From Raillietiella orientalis (Eukaryota), in NCBI GenBank assembly GCA_036172245.1, contig JAYWIR010000015.1, positions 3,224,001 through 3,288,000 of the forward strand: a DNA stretch of 64,000 bases, read 5' to 3'. How positions within the stretch are numbered: position 1 is the stretch's first letter; the number at the start of each line of letters is the position of its first letter. A model generated the notes under the pieces. The model made no database searches and was not told the origin of the DNA. It saw only the letters and a program-made list of their open reading frames with translations. The position numbers and the translations under genes are program-made. Shown piece after piece: positions 12,041 through 24,910 of the stretch.

Positions 12041-15000
12041 AAGCGCGAGTGCAGGATGGCTCTAGGAAGGGAGTCGTACTGATTGTCTTTGACATGTAAC
12101 GGCTCTTGGGACGAAAGGGAGGGTCAAACACTCGAGAAAGAAAGTTTCACCCTTTGCATAACTCACGCGTTCTGTGGCATCCATCCATGGAAGCGGCTCA
12201 TCTCATCATCTAGCTGCCCCAACAGCGAACGGTCTGGACCTCAGAACCCTTCGGAACTTCTCCTCTTCTGTCTCTGCTGTATTTCCTTCAGGCAGCTCTA
12301 GAAGAACCCCGGACGGCTTCTCCATCCTCTAAGGGTTCCTCCTTTCCACTCCTTTTCCTTGTGGCTCTGGACCTATCAGAGGCTGCTAAGACACTCGCCT
12401 TAAACTATCACTTCCTCTTCTTTGAGAGGGAAAGAAATCTTCCACTTCTACCAGTCTGCCCTTCTTCTTAAGTTTCTCACTTCCCTAGTCGTGTGTCCCA
12501 CTCGACCTGACCCTTACTCTGACCTCGTAATCTAGGTCAAACCAACGTCTCGCATAGATCTTCGTTCCCACTTATAGCATCCCCAACTAGCTGTCCTTCA
12601 GTCTCGCATGCAGACTCGAAGGGCCCCTCTTCTGCTGGATCCGCTCTTCAGAGTCCAGTCAGAAGATTCTTATCCTTTCCTCTCACTCATAGGGTGGAAC
12701 TATTCCTTCTGTTCGGGACTCGGCCCGACGTGTCCCGGGACAACAGCGACACGATTCCGGGAGAAGGGCGACAGCCAGTTCCAAAAAGCCAGAGGCAGCT
12801 CGCAGCTGTTTCCGCTTGCAGCCTATGACCTTTGGGGAGTACCCAGTCAACTCCTGTTCCAGAGTGTTTTCCCTTGAGCGCGCGAAGGAATGTGAGTCCT
12901 TCTTGGAGGACTCTCAGCCCAGGGGGGGAGTTTCTCGTACATTCTGCTAGAACAAGGAAGACTTCTTCCCCTCCTCCTCCTTCCCGAAAGGGTGTCCGCC
13001 AAACCGATTGGATCCATTCCCTGTCAGAGACTTCCCGTAAGCGACTACACCAGAACAAAGATGAAAACAAAAAAATGCAGAAGAAAAAACAAGATGACAA
13101 GAGAGAGGGAGGAATTCCGAAGCAACCCCATCTCAGGTTTCCTCCGGGTATTCGCAGACTGCTGTCTTAGAAGCTGGCTGCGCGCCCACTAGGGGAAGCG
13201 GCGTAGGAAGAGCCGCATGGGGAGGTCATGACTGCAGTTCATTCGGAAGCTCCCAGGAAAGCGAGCGGAAACATCGCTGTCCTTCCTTATGCCAACGCTC
13301 TACCCGAAGCAGGGCAGGTCTGCGCTTTCCTTCTTCCGGATGCTCCAGGGTTCTCTTGATGGGTGTCCATAGGAATTAGAGGAAGAAAGAAGAAGGTAAG
13401 AGAAACTTGGGCAGCTGGAGGGTCGAGGCGTGGTGACTTCTCTAGAGTTGGGGGGGGAGGATGCATAGGAGGAGGTAGTGGAACATCCGCTTCTTCCCTG
13501 AAGACCTCGGATGCTGGAGACATGGTTCTTGCCTATGCCTTTTCCGCTCTGCACAGAGAAGTGTTTGCAGAGTAAGAGAGCACCGTAGGGTTTTTCGCAG
13601 TGTTTGGGGATGTCTGTCAGCACAGGGAGCTTGTCCTTTAGTTTTGGAACAAATGACTTGGCCTTGGGAGAAAAAAAATGGAATTCCTGCTTGGGGATGG
13701 GATGGTCGGTACCAATCCTCAGAGGGTCTCTCTTGTTATACCTCCTTGTTTCTAAGAAAATGTGGAAGGGGGAAGATGAATAGGAGAGACCCATATTCGT
13801 ACTGTATCCTCCGTCTCCCGGGGGCATCTTTCTGGCTACGGCGGCGTAGGAGGAGAGTGGAACGAACTCATGAGCGCTCGTTCGGCTTCAGCTTCTGCCA
13901 CTACGAGCGCATTCAACGCCTCTTTTTCCTCCTTCGCCTATACTAGGAAGCCAGTAACTGCCCACTATGCGGAGCAACCCTTCACGATGGTCAGCTCCCA
14001 ACCTGGAGCGCTCGCGTTTCCTAGCGAGCAGAAGAGCCACTTTTTTCCAGCTCACCGCTTCTGAGGCTCCGCGAGCGCTGACAGCCACGCCCGCGGCGAT
14101 CCTCACGGAAGTCAGGCGCCACTTCGATGCTTCCGCTGACACAAAGAGAGAATCGAATGGACTCCACCTCCTCCTCTCACCAACGGCCGGCTGGACCGTC
14201 TGGGGCGGCGACGGTGGCAGTGGGGGAGATGGCGGTGTCGTCTCGCTCGGCTGCATGCTCAAGCACACGAGAATTTCCTAAGGGAAGGAGGGAATGAAGG
14301 GAGAAGAAACTGAGGAAAGCCTCTCGGTCACCAGGAGCGCACATGCTTGATCGTGGTGATGATGATGAGGTGGCCGGAAAGAGAGCAAATGAGGGAGGGG
14401 TGAAGGGAGCCGCTGCATAAATTTGCAGTTGGTGAGGGGCGCGGCTCGCTCCACAGAGTGCAGGGACCTCCTAACGACCATCAAAATCGCCTAATCAGCC
14501 ACAGACAAAGACCCAGGGATTCTGCCTATGAAGGAGGACAAGATCCTTACGGAGAAGGAGGGAGAGCCACAATCTGCATGTCCGAGAAGGTGGACATCGC
14601 TCGATGCGCCCTCCATTCCGGAGTTCCCGGTGGGAGGATTCGCTTCGAGGTGTAGGGTGCCGAGAACGGACACGCCTGCGGGGTTCGTCGACCCATCTGG
14701 CCGAGGAGGCCCTAGCTGCTTCGACGAGCCACGGCTAGTGAAGCGCCTTGCATTTTCACGTATCCTTTCTTCCTCCTTCTCTTCTCCTCACTCCTCACCA
14801 AGCAGCAGAGGTGAAGCCGTCGGCCCGATGGTCGAGGATGACTGGAAGCAGGTGGTCGGCCTCGTCCACGTCTTCCTGCTGCTGAGTCGACCCAATAGCT
14901 TCCAGGTGCCCTTTAAAGTGGCAGAACTTCCACACTCCAGCCATCCCAAAAGATCCAGAAGAACTCCGCCTTGCTGTTCTTGTTAGGGAGTGGTCTGATC

Positions 15001-18000
15001 GTTTGTAGACCATCGGCAAGCATGCTACGTGGCCAGTAGGCTGTCAGCGATGTTTACTGTTGCTTGCATGGGCGCATCTTCAGGAAGGATCCCAAACAGG
15101 GCCGAAAGACCAAGTTCAAGATAGAGGGCCCTACTACTACTTGGACGGCCCCCCAGAAGCTATTGGAGCCTGAAGCCTTCCCAGACCACGCAGTTGGTCC
15201 TCCCCTCCCCTCCTCCACTTCTTTTTTATCTCCCTCAAAAGAGCCTGGAGTGAGAGAAGGAGGACGCCATTTCTCGATTGCAGTCGCTAAGAGTTGAGCT
15301 GCTTCGCTCCTGAGACGGGGTTGTAGGCTCTGCCCTTTGCCCTCTTCTCTACATCACGAACCAGGACCATTGCCGGATGGACCTCCTCCATGACTTTGTT
15401 AACTCCTGGACCTCCTCCGGCTCCTTCTATTCGTTAGATGGTAGGCATGCTCAAGACGGACCGCTTTCAAAGCACAGGGCCAGGAAAACCAAAGGTGAGT
15501 CGAGAATCGGGAAAGTTACGGTCATCCCAAAGATGCAGATCGCTTCACAGGGATTTTAGCTCGCCATCGTTGGCAATCTTCGCTCCAATAAGCCCTCTTT
15601 TTCCCGAGGTTCCTCTTCCAAAGCGCCTACTTCCCACAATCTCGGAAAGGGAAAGGCCATTCCCCTCGAACAGAAGTGATCTTCCTTCACTTTCTTTTCC
15701 CCCTTCCCCACCCGTCCTTCCCTTTTGGCCTCTTCAGCCGCGCGCCGTCTCATAGGTGGGTGTGGGAGTGTGGTCACTCTCGCTTGGAGAGTGCTTTCGT
15801 GCAGGTGGCGCTGCTCTTGCATGTTGACATTGCTGCTCTAGAGAGCACGAGGAGACCTCCGAGACAGCGTCCACCTTCGCTCATCCTGTGGGAGAATAGC
15901 CGGCAGCAGAACCAACCGTTCCTCTACCGCATCCCACCCAACTCCCTTCACTGAAGCAGAAGAGGGATCACTCACTCCTCACACCTTCAGCAGTAGCCTC
16001 CCCAAGCTTCTGGGAGTCAACCGTCAATGAGTGAAAGGACTCACGTGGGGAATCGTTCCAGGCAGACTCCATGGGAAACAGGCATCTTCGAAAATCCACT
16101 CTCGAATATCTGCTTCTTTCGTGGCTGTAGTCAGGATTTTTTGCCACCCACTGCCTCCCCACTGCCTTCTCTCTAGTCGCCTGTCTCCCTCGAAAGAAGC
16201 ACTTCAAACTACCGCCTCTGCAACGGCGCCTTCCTTCATCCCATTTAGAAAAACGAGTGAAGGGTAAAAAGGGAGAGATTGCCAGAGCCAGAGACTGGAA
16301 ATCTCGGTGGTGTATCGATGACCCGATAACGATGACCTCTTCGCAAGTGGTTTCCAGGACCTCAAATCGCTACTGCCCCACAGCTTGGGATGTACCGGCA
16401 GTGCTCAGCGGATTGCAGCGCGAACCCCGTTCGAAGGACACGTCGCTTCCCCACCTTCCCCTACAAAACCTTCCGCGCAAACATCACCCTCTGGTTTCCG
16501 GGACTCCGATCCCTGGAAAAGGCCCTGTCAGTACGCCTGCCCCTCCCACGTCAGGGCTGACCTTGGAGGACCTCTTGCCCTGTCTTTCCTTCTCTCCCCT
16601 CTCCCCTCCCCCGAGGAGACCATCCTTCTTTTCTTCCCCCTTCCCGTTCCGCCGATCACAAGACCACCTATCGATCAGGCACGCTGCGAGAAGCGCCCTC
16701 CTTTCTCCGTCTCTTCCCCCCATCGCCTCACATCGGGAAGGATTTCAGGTTCCCCGGCGCGTGCGCGCACCTGGCGTGTGCCCCGCCTGTTCGAGAGGGA
16801 TCGTCCCCGAGTTCTCACGAGCCGCGCCTTCTCCTTTCCCCTTTCCGTCCGTCCGGAGAAAAGGAGGAGGAGGGAGGGGAAAGGGGAGAGAGAGAGAGCA
16901 AGGGAAGTCATCACAAGACGGCGGCAGAGGGAAATGCCACAGGATGATCGCTGCCGCTTCCAGTGAAGATCTGTGAAAGCCCAAACGAAGCCTCTGCGTC
17001 CGCTGGCCCCACTCGCTCCTCCATGGGGTGGAATGGGCAGTAGCTGGCATGCTTATCACAGCCCCTAGGACCTTCCTTTCTGGAAGCGCGCGTGAGGGAA
17101 GGAGTCGGCCGACTCTCTGGTCGAAGGAACCCGCCAGGGCAACCAGGAAGGAGGACGACGGAAGGTCGGGAGAGGAGGAGCGGAGCATCCCTTAGAAAAC
17201 TCCCCTCCCCCCCCTTCCATTCCCTCTGGTATCCAAGGGGAAATACCAACCGTCCACCATCCTGCTGAGTGGGAGGGCTCAAAGAAAGGGATGCGGGACT
17301 TCACCACCTGTCTCCCTTCCGTCTCGCTTCCCCCCACTGGAAGATGGAGCGCGAGCCCACACTCAGGAATGCTGCCGCTCCTTCCGCGAGGAGCCCCTGT
17401 GAGGAAAGTCCATCCCAGGTGCAGCAATCGCTCCGCCCTCCCCCCTTCTTTCCCTCTCTGAGTTCTCAGAAGTTGGGGAAAAGGGGAGGAGAGGGGTCGT
17501 CCCTCTAGGGAGCTGCTTAGCAGGGGTTGCCACGCCTAGCTGGTCGGTCGGGGGCCGCGGAGCTTCCAGGTCGCGTGTGCGACGTGCGACTGTTCCTGAC
17601 TTCCCTACCTCTCCCCGCCCTCATGAATAGGCGCCGTTCCCCTAGCGGCTGCCAGCGGGAGGGTGTGGTGAGTTCGTTGAGCTTCCTGCCGCCTCTTTCA
17701 GACATCGGACTCTCCCGCCGCCCAGTCCCGACTGCTCCAGAGCTGCGCACGACGAGAAGTGCGGTGGTGGAGGAAGCAGGGGGGAGGGGACGCGGGATGG
17801 AAAGAGGAAGAACGCTGCAAAGGACGGGAGGCGACGACTGTTCTCAGAAGCGCGTCCCCCTCTCCTCCCTCGTCCCGTCGTCTTCGGGAGGCCACACTTC
17901 CGTCCCTCATAACACTTCAAGGTCGCAAGCAGGGGGAATGGCAGAGGGAGGAAGGGCAACGCACGGTATGGGAATCTCCTCTGGCATCAGGGAGGCTGGG

Positions 18001-21000
18001 GACGAGATCCCCGACGAGGGGTAGGGGGACGGACTGGAAGGCAGCGGAAGAGTGGGGAGCGCGCCAAGAGAGCGGGGCTCGACGACTGAGAAACGAAAGC
18101 GAACAGGCGCGCGCCATTTCCCGGGGCGGGGAAGTTCAAGGTCACGCAACCCTACAGCCGCCGCCGCTGCCGCCGTCGGTCGCTGCGCAGAGGCAACAGC
18201 GCGACCGCCAGCGGATTTTCGGGTGTCAACGAACCAGGCGGGAAACAGGAAGCCGTAAGTCACTTTGGAGAAGGGAGAGAAGGATGGAAGAGAAGGGGGG
18301 GGGGGAACCCGGAGAGCTAGATGCATGCCACCGCACTCGGGGGCGACGGGAGGTGGTGGCGGGGGAGGACAAGAAGGGATGAAGGAAAGAGGAGGAAGGG
18401 GAAGCAGCGGCTCGTGATTGCTGTCCCTCCGCGCGCACCGAAGGGAGCCACGAGCTGGTTTGCCATGGTGGTGTCCGCTCGCTCGTCTTCCTACTTGCCT
18501 CCAGCGTGGACCCGAGCTTCCGGTCTCGCGGGGAGAAAAAGTCTCGAATGGGAAGAGACTGGATGCGCGCCGTGGGTGGAGGGGTCCGCCTAAGTCTCAA
18601 CCTGGGGTGTCTTGCATTCTAGGGCGCGATGCAAGATGCCAGAGCCGCCAGGCGGCGGCTGGCAGCATGCACCAGTCATCTCGAACTTTCTTGGGCGCCC
18701 ACCCGTGAGAGCCACTTCCTAACTTGCCCCTCCCTTCCTCTCCCCCCATTTTTTTTTGTGTGTGCGTGCACTCGTGTGATTTCACGAGATCCAGTAGCAG
18801 CCGAGTGTTCTTCCAGGAGGCGTCGCTTCGACACAAGCGCGCCGCGCAGAGGGAGGAGATGTAGGAGTGGAAGAAAATTGCTAGGAAAGATCGAAGGCTC
18901 TCCCTTCCGGAAATGAGCCCCGGAGCGCAGGAGGTCCGAGGAGAGATGGTCTTCACGCCGGAAGCTCCTTCAGCCTTTCCCACTTTTCAAGGTCCACGAC
19001 CGGAATTTCTCCGTTACTCAAGGAGCCGGGACTGGACTGTGCGTCCACCATCCGTCCAGTCACTTCTACATGGTGGGAGGGATACAGTGTCCCCGCATGC
19101 CTGTCCTTTTCTTTCCCGTCTCTAAGGGAAGACTCCGGAAGAAATAGCGTATCAGGCGTAGGACTGTAGTCCCACCCATCCCTCTCCGCTGCCCACCTGC
19201 CTTCCGCGCGAGGAGGGAAGGGTTTTGGGGACAAGCGCTGGCGTAGCTCCTCTCCCAGATGGAAGCTGCTGAGGAAAACCTCCAGGCAGTGAGCCACCTC
19301 AGAATGGCTCCTGCTCAAAAAGTCGCTCCTCCGCTCTGCTTTTCCTACAGTTCTTCCTCTGGAGGTTCTCCCTCACGATGTGTCTCGGGCGGAAAAGCTC
19401 GCGACCCGAAGGAACTTCCCGTTCCTTCCGAATCCTCAACTGCTTGACGCCATTCCACCACTAATTGGACTCCTCCCCTTGTGTCGGCTGTAAACCATAA
19501 TCTGAGGTCCCCTCCACGGCTCTCTTCGGCACTTCTGGCTGCTCTTCGTACGGAGCAGAGGAAGGAGGAGGTGTGGGGAGGTGTGCTCCTCGTTCCGTAG
19601 CCTGCGCCCTCTGTACCATGGAAGAGGAAAGAGGGAGGATCGGGAAAAGGGAGATCTGGCACGAGCATCTGGCGGTGGTGTGAAGGCAGCGCGAAGGCGA
19701 CATCGAAAGGGCCGTCCTCACGCACTTCTGAAGCGAAGCAGTGGAGGGAGAACGGCGCTGATGTCTGCCTGGATCCGATCGCCTTGGAGCGTGCCGGGAA
19801 GGAAGAAGAGACGGGTATGGCAAGAGGGAGGAGCTCTCCTTGGTGTTGCGACGACATCTTGCCACTTCTCTAGCCCATCCCACCCTCAGAGAGTGAGAAT
19901 GGCGGCCGCCACCCCAGTACGGACGGGGAGTGAGGGTGGTGTCCCGCTGCAAGACCTCTTCCGAGGAGGAAGAGGTCTTGCCACTGCGGGAGACAACCGG
20001 AATTTCTTTGCCGAAGGGAGGATTTCAGGAAGGAGGCAATCCTCAGGAGAGGGAAGCAAAGGGTGAAGGCATCACTGGGGAGGGGAGGAGAGTCACAGGA
20101 CCTGCAAGGCCAAGAGACTGCTTGGGGGCAGCCGCCTCAGGAGAGATGAACTCCAGTGCATGGGAGGGTCGGATGCCCAGGAACTCCTGTTGCTTCTAAA
20201 CAATAAAGCCCCACTGGTCTCTTCGGCAGTTTCGTCTCTTTCACTCTTTTCCCTTCCCCCTCATTCTTTGACTCGCCGATCACCTCATCCCGATAGCCGC
20301 CCCACGTTCCTGGTTGTGGCACCATTAGGTCAGTTTCCTCGTAAAGTCTGCATCAAGCGGAAGTCACTGCTTCAAGGAGAGGTGCTGTAAGGAGGACCGA
20401 GAAGGATGAACCTTAGGAGGTTCCGGTAAACCGGAAAGAAGGTAGAGAAGCAGAGCGTCCCTCGGGGATATGCAGAAGAGCCACTGGACGTCTTCGCGAA
20501 GAGACTTACGTGCTGCCAGAGGTTGCAGCCTTTCGGAAACAGCATCACCCCAGTGGAGCAGCCTTCAGAATACTCCCGAGAACTCCTCAAAGCGGTTTCC
20601 GGAATACCGGAAGGTGAGGCGCTACATCGACCCAGCAGTGAGTTCGGCACTCTCGACGCAGCAGCAGAGCCTCGAAGATGCACTGCTATCGATCGCGGTT
20701 CGCCAGAGTCATGTCGATGGCTTCAGGGGCGCGCGAGGCGACCTTCGTCGCTCCGTGCGAGGAAGAGCAGCCGCAGGCGCAGAGGTTCTTGCACCACTAC
20801 GGCGCCTTCAGCGCCCCCCCGAAGTCTGCCCGTCTTGTGGCAAGCGGGTCGGATGGTCGGCTCTCCTCAAAGTAAAGTTCCACCGTCCGTAAGGGCGCCA
20901 TTTTCTCTCTTCTTCGTGTTCCTTGGGAGGTCATTTTCCTGAGCGGTTTCGGGACGAAATCCTCTTCAGACCTTCAAGCGCAGCAGCCGCTGGGGGATGC

Positions 21001-21338
21001 GAGGCTGTGCCTCTTCCTGCAGAAACTTTTCGTATGCCGCAGCATTCCTGGGTCCCCTTCAGCACACGGAAGAAAGAAACAACCACGCTCGAGCTGACAA
21101 CAAGAGCGGGAAAGTCTTCAAAAGGAAGGAGGAGGGAGAGGAGACGAAGAGACTGTAAATCTGTGGTAATCCCACGAGATGAGTGCGAAGAAGGAAACGA
21201 ACGCTGAGCATCCGAGGAAGAACGAAGGAAAGGGAGGAGAGACTGCCGAGATTAGCGGCGGGTGAAACCCCGAATCCTCCGCTCATCGGAGATGCTAATC
21301 AGTCTCAGAGATGTCTTTCTTCGCCGGATGAAGGCTTC

Positions 21339-21520
21339 TTCCCACAGATCAAAAATCCCGAAAGCATCCGATCACTCCATCTTTCCTCTCTTTGGGAACG
21401 CAACGCACGAAAGTGCTCCCCCTTGATTAAATTTCCCTGCAGTCCCGAAGGTGAGATTACGAACCATTTTTAATGACGGTTTCCGGGAATAATCCCGGAT
21501 GACAAATGGTAATAAACGAC
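21339..21520. promoter_or_regulatory. Candidate enhancer (motif cluster)
   Basis: TTCCCACA (Su(H)-type, 21339-21346), AGATCAAA (TCF-like), TGATTAAAT, TTTTAATGA (Hox-like), TTCCGGGAA (STAT-type) and TAATCC within about 180 bp. Confidence 0.4.
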
Positions 21521-24500
21521 GAGTTGCGTACGATGACTTGGCCCCGCGCGTTCGCTCCCCGAGAGAGCCGCCGCATCTCATCGCCGGAGATCCCTGAAGC
21601 TGGCACCGCCGGATGAGGAAAGGGGAAAGAAAGGTGGGAGTCGAAAGGGAAGGCGGGCGAGGAGAAGGCGATTTTCGCCACGTTCCCTTCTCTCACCCTC
21701 CCTGCCTGCTCCCGAGGAACCCAGGCGGGGTCTCCGTTCGGTGACCCGCACAAGGAGCACCGAGGGCCCGGACAGCGGCCCTTTCCGCCCGTTCCGATCG
21801 CTGACCTCGCGCGGCACGCTCCCGCGCTCTCTCCCGACCCCGTAGCGAGCTCAGTGCGTCTGCGGCGGCAGCGATCGTTGGGGGTGTCGGTCCGATTCCC
21901 CTCGTCTCCCTCTTTGCCGCCGCCGCGCGCGCCAGCTTTTTCGACTCGGGGAGCCGCGCTCGCTGATTTGTGGCCGGGAGCCTTCGCCTTTCTCACCGCC
22001 CGGGAAAACGATCGCTTCTGGCTCGCGGGGGGACTTCCGCCTGAAGAGGTGCGGTGAAGTTTCTCCAGGGAGGAAGGGAAGCGGGGCGGAGGAAGGGGGG
22101 GGGGGCTGACTGAGCATCACGGCTCCTTTTTGCTGCCCGCCGCTGGCGGGGCATTGCGCCGGTCAACAATACCCGTCGCGAACCCGCACCCTTCATTTGA
22201 TTTGCGGATTACGCGCCACCTATCAATGCCGACCTTCGGTCTCCCAGAGCTGCCAGGGAGAGGCTCGGCGGGCGTCGTCGACTTTGAATCGCAACAAACA
22301 CAAAGCCATCCTTATTAGCACTAAATCACTCTCCTCTCACTCGGCATCCCTGATTCTTTCGCACCTTCCTTTGTTGGCGTCAGCTTCGAGTTTTGATAGG
22401 AGCGATTTTTCGATGGATACCCTTTTCCCGAAGTCCGAAAGAGAGGCCCGGAATGGGCCCGCGCTCCCGCTGCCATTATCTAAATGGCATTTCTCAACTT
22501 GTTCCTTCTTGTCACTCGTGAACTATGGCTTTTCGATTTTCCGTCGGATCCGCCGCCGGGTTTTCCCGCTTGCTGGCTGCTGCTGCCCTCTCCGGGCTTA
22601 TCTTCGCCTGCATTCGGATCAGCCGCTGCCGGCATGGAAAGAAAGAGAGAAAAAAAGAAAGAAGGAAAACGCTCGATTCTGCTTCTCGAGGTGTCCAGAG
22701 AAAGGAGCCAGCAGACTGGCGCGCTCACCCTTTCCCCTACCCCCCGGTCTCAGTTCCCAGGCTTTCCTTCTGCTCCTCCCGGCGCGGTGCTTTCCTACCT
22801 TCCGATCTTGAGTTGGTTTCACACCTTATAGGGGCGCTCGACTGCCTCCTCGAGAAACTGCACCGAAACTCCGGCACGGAGTGTTCCTCCTACTGCCGGC
22901 CCGCTGCACTTATCTACCCATCTTTCGATCCGTGTTGTCGCTGTGCAACGGGCTCTTCCGCTGCTCTGACTCTCAGCTCAGACTTGGCCCCCCTTCCGCC
23001 CTCTCCACAGGTAGCCTTCCTCCACAATACTAAACTCTTGAAGATCCTCCAGGAGTGCTCGAGATAAGAGAGGTTCGACGACGAAAGAGCTTCTTTATCC
23101 GGGACTTGCTGGCATCCGCGTATCGGTGGCAGCAGCGAGTGCTCCGCCTGCGCGCGCTGTCTTCACATCCCAACCGCCTCGGCGTTTTCAACACCCTTCT
23201 CGACCTCCCCCACCGTGCCGGTTTGGGCGAGATCAGAGCGAAGCTGAAGGACGCTCGGCCGCACCGGGAGGACATCGGTCGCTCTTTGCTCAAAGAGGAA
23301 GCAGCATGGGAAAGGAAGGCAGAGGCCCTCCTTTCTGCCCCCGAGCGCCCCGGCTTGGATGGGTCCCTTCCTCCGCTTTCGCCCTTGCCTGCTCGTCAGA
23401 AACCGGGTGACGTCGCGAGGACACAGCTGCTCCTGACTTTTTCCAGGTAGACCTCTGGAGATCCTCGCGCGCCTACAGCGATGGCAAGCTCTGGAGAAGA
23501 TGAAGGCCGAGGAGTCTGCTCTGAGTGATGTTTCCTCTTCCTCCCGCATTCCTCTTGAGGGTTTCCTTGTTAGCATGAGCGTCGCAGCGGGAGATGCTTG
23601 GTTTGATGGGGGAGCGCGGAGCTGCGCGAGCCAGCGACTCCATTTCGAACGGCGGCGCTGTTTCTGGTTCCTGACAGCTAGCGATGTATGAAGCTTTTAA
23701 TCGCTGTGCAGAGAGCTAACCGTGGTATTTATTCACCATGACGACAGCTGAAGCATTCGTTAGCGCGGATGCTCGGTTTCGATTCCCCGTGAATCCTCGA
23801 CGGAGCCAGCGAGCCGAGCAATCGTGCCTTCTCCCAATGCTGAGACACGCCGATGAGCTGTACTGAGACGGGGAATGCTGAGGGATGAACATCGGTCCTC
23901 GAGCCCTGGAGCATAACGGAGGACCACGGAAGGAAGTACGTACGAGCAGGCGATGCTCCCTGAAACCGCTAACGGCATTTCTTTGCCTCTCCTCACCATC
24001 AAGTCGCTGTCTGAAGGGAGTTTTTTCTCTCTCCCTTCGAACTTTTCCCTTCTCCGGGAATTTTTCCCAATGAAAGGCTTCCGATGACCGGTACGGAGGC
24101 TCTGCACAAATATCATTCCCAGATGGCGCTCGCAAGCATTTCATGGCTCACACCAGCCAGTACTGTGGAGAGAGATGCAACCAACCGCATTGCATGCCTG
24201 TTTCCTTGGAAACGCAGTGCTGTTCTCCGTGCGCTTCCAGCTTTCCCGTTCCCTCTCTGATGTCCCGTTGCTGGCGATTCTCGCGTCCCTTCCCTCTCTA
24301 CTGCAGCGGAGACTTCGAGACTTCACACTTCGTCTCGGGAAGGAAGCTGGGGAACTGCAGCCACAGACTTTTCGAATGGTATTTGGGCACAGCTTGTTTT
24401 CTCGATTCTTTGATTGCATGCGGCTGACTCGCTTGGCAGCGGCCCGCGGTCAGCTACTTCTAAAAATCGCAGAGCCTACGATTTGGTAGCAGACTCGACT

Positions 24501-24794
24501 TGGCTCCAGCTGTACGGAGAATGCGTCTCCCTCCTCTTATCAACTGGCAAAGGAATCCACAATCACAGTCATCTCATAGCAACTTCTCACATCACAAAGG
24601 GCTGAGAAAGCACGACTTTTGCCCAAGTGCTTTTCCTACCTTTGCTTGTTGCCTTGGTTTCGGAAAGCTGTCGGAAATCATCTGATTTATCTTCAGCCGA
24701 GCAACATGCTTCAGGTGGAAGTCCTGAAGCTGCTCCCGATCTTCAGGGAACCCATTCAAAATAAACAGGTACGAAATTTTTGAGATTTTCGAGC

Positions 24795-24835
24795 ATATAT
24801 ACATATGTATACATATGTATGTATATATGTGTGTA

Positions 24836-24879
<44 letters not shown>

Positions 24880-24910
24880 CGTGCATGTGTGTGTGTGCGT
24901 ATGCGTGCGC
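24795..24910 (+). repeat. Compound (TA)/(TG)n microsatellite
   Basis: Perfect (TG)n core ~24838-24875 with degenerate flanks. It follows a CAG|GTACGA donor-like site, so probably an old intron of relic 2. Confidence 0.95.

Larger units (their letters stand above)
1230..21040 (-). pseudogene. Decayed axonemal dynein heavy chain, DNAH5/DNAH8 (outer-arm gamma)-like, linker through stalk (relic 1)
   Basis: Ordered motif remnants across frames, recalled DNAH5-type motif in brackets. Linker: FRLSPAVARPL ~20000 [FKLRNIMEAPL]; DVAFALP 19704-19684 [DIAKQLP]; SHSEVAHCLEVF 19309-19274 [SHTIQAHLLNVF]; ERKVLGAVISM ~17080 [ERVKYETLITI]. AAA1: RDFQSLALAI ~16300 [RCYITLAQAL]; DFRRCL ~16090 [DMGRCL]; LLVLSRAA 15854-15831 [LPVLSVAA]; QELTKSWRRSIR ~15400 [QELPENLKINFR]. 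AAA2: VHLLGHADCGS ~14580; RRWSPFDS ~14160. AAA3: QSGKGIGKN ~13540. Stalk: AERLQKSIEEL ~8940; GAEFFPSLLSCP ~8040. Many stops and frameshifts; ends approximate. Confidence 0.72.

Noticed and set aside
13890..13975. RING-like FCH...CPLCG pattern on the plus strand
   Set aside because: Interrupted by a stop, lacks the other ligands, and overlaps the minus-strand dynein relic.
14704..14740. GGPSCFDEPRL (plus) resembling the dynein Walker B CFDEFNR
   Set aside because: Wrong strand and position for the local collinear series.
15799..15846. Plus-strand VQVALLLHVDIAALES as a DHC tail motif extending relic 2
   Set aside because: The same bases give a better, collinear AAA1 match on the minus strand (LLVLSRAA); treated as a chance hit.
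17250..19316. Possible local repeat between ~17250-17380 and ~19042-19316 (shared CGTCCACCATCC etc.)
   Set aside because: Only short scattered words, and the two sites map to different DHC motifs.
20523..21060. Plus-strand FPEYRKVRRYIDP and VPLPAETFRMPQHSW as the start of DHC_N2 for relic 2
   Set aside because: Conflicts with a longer ordered set of minus-strand matches over the same interval; cannot be separated from chance by eye.
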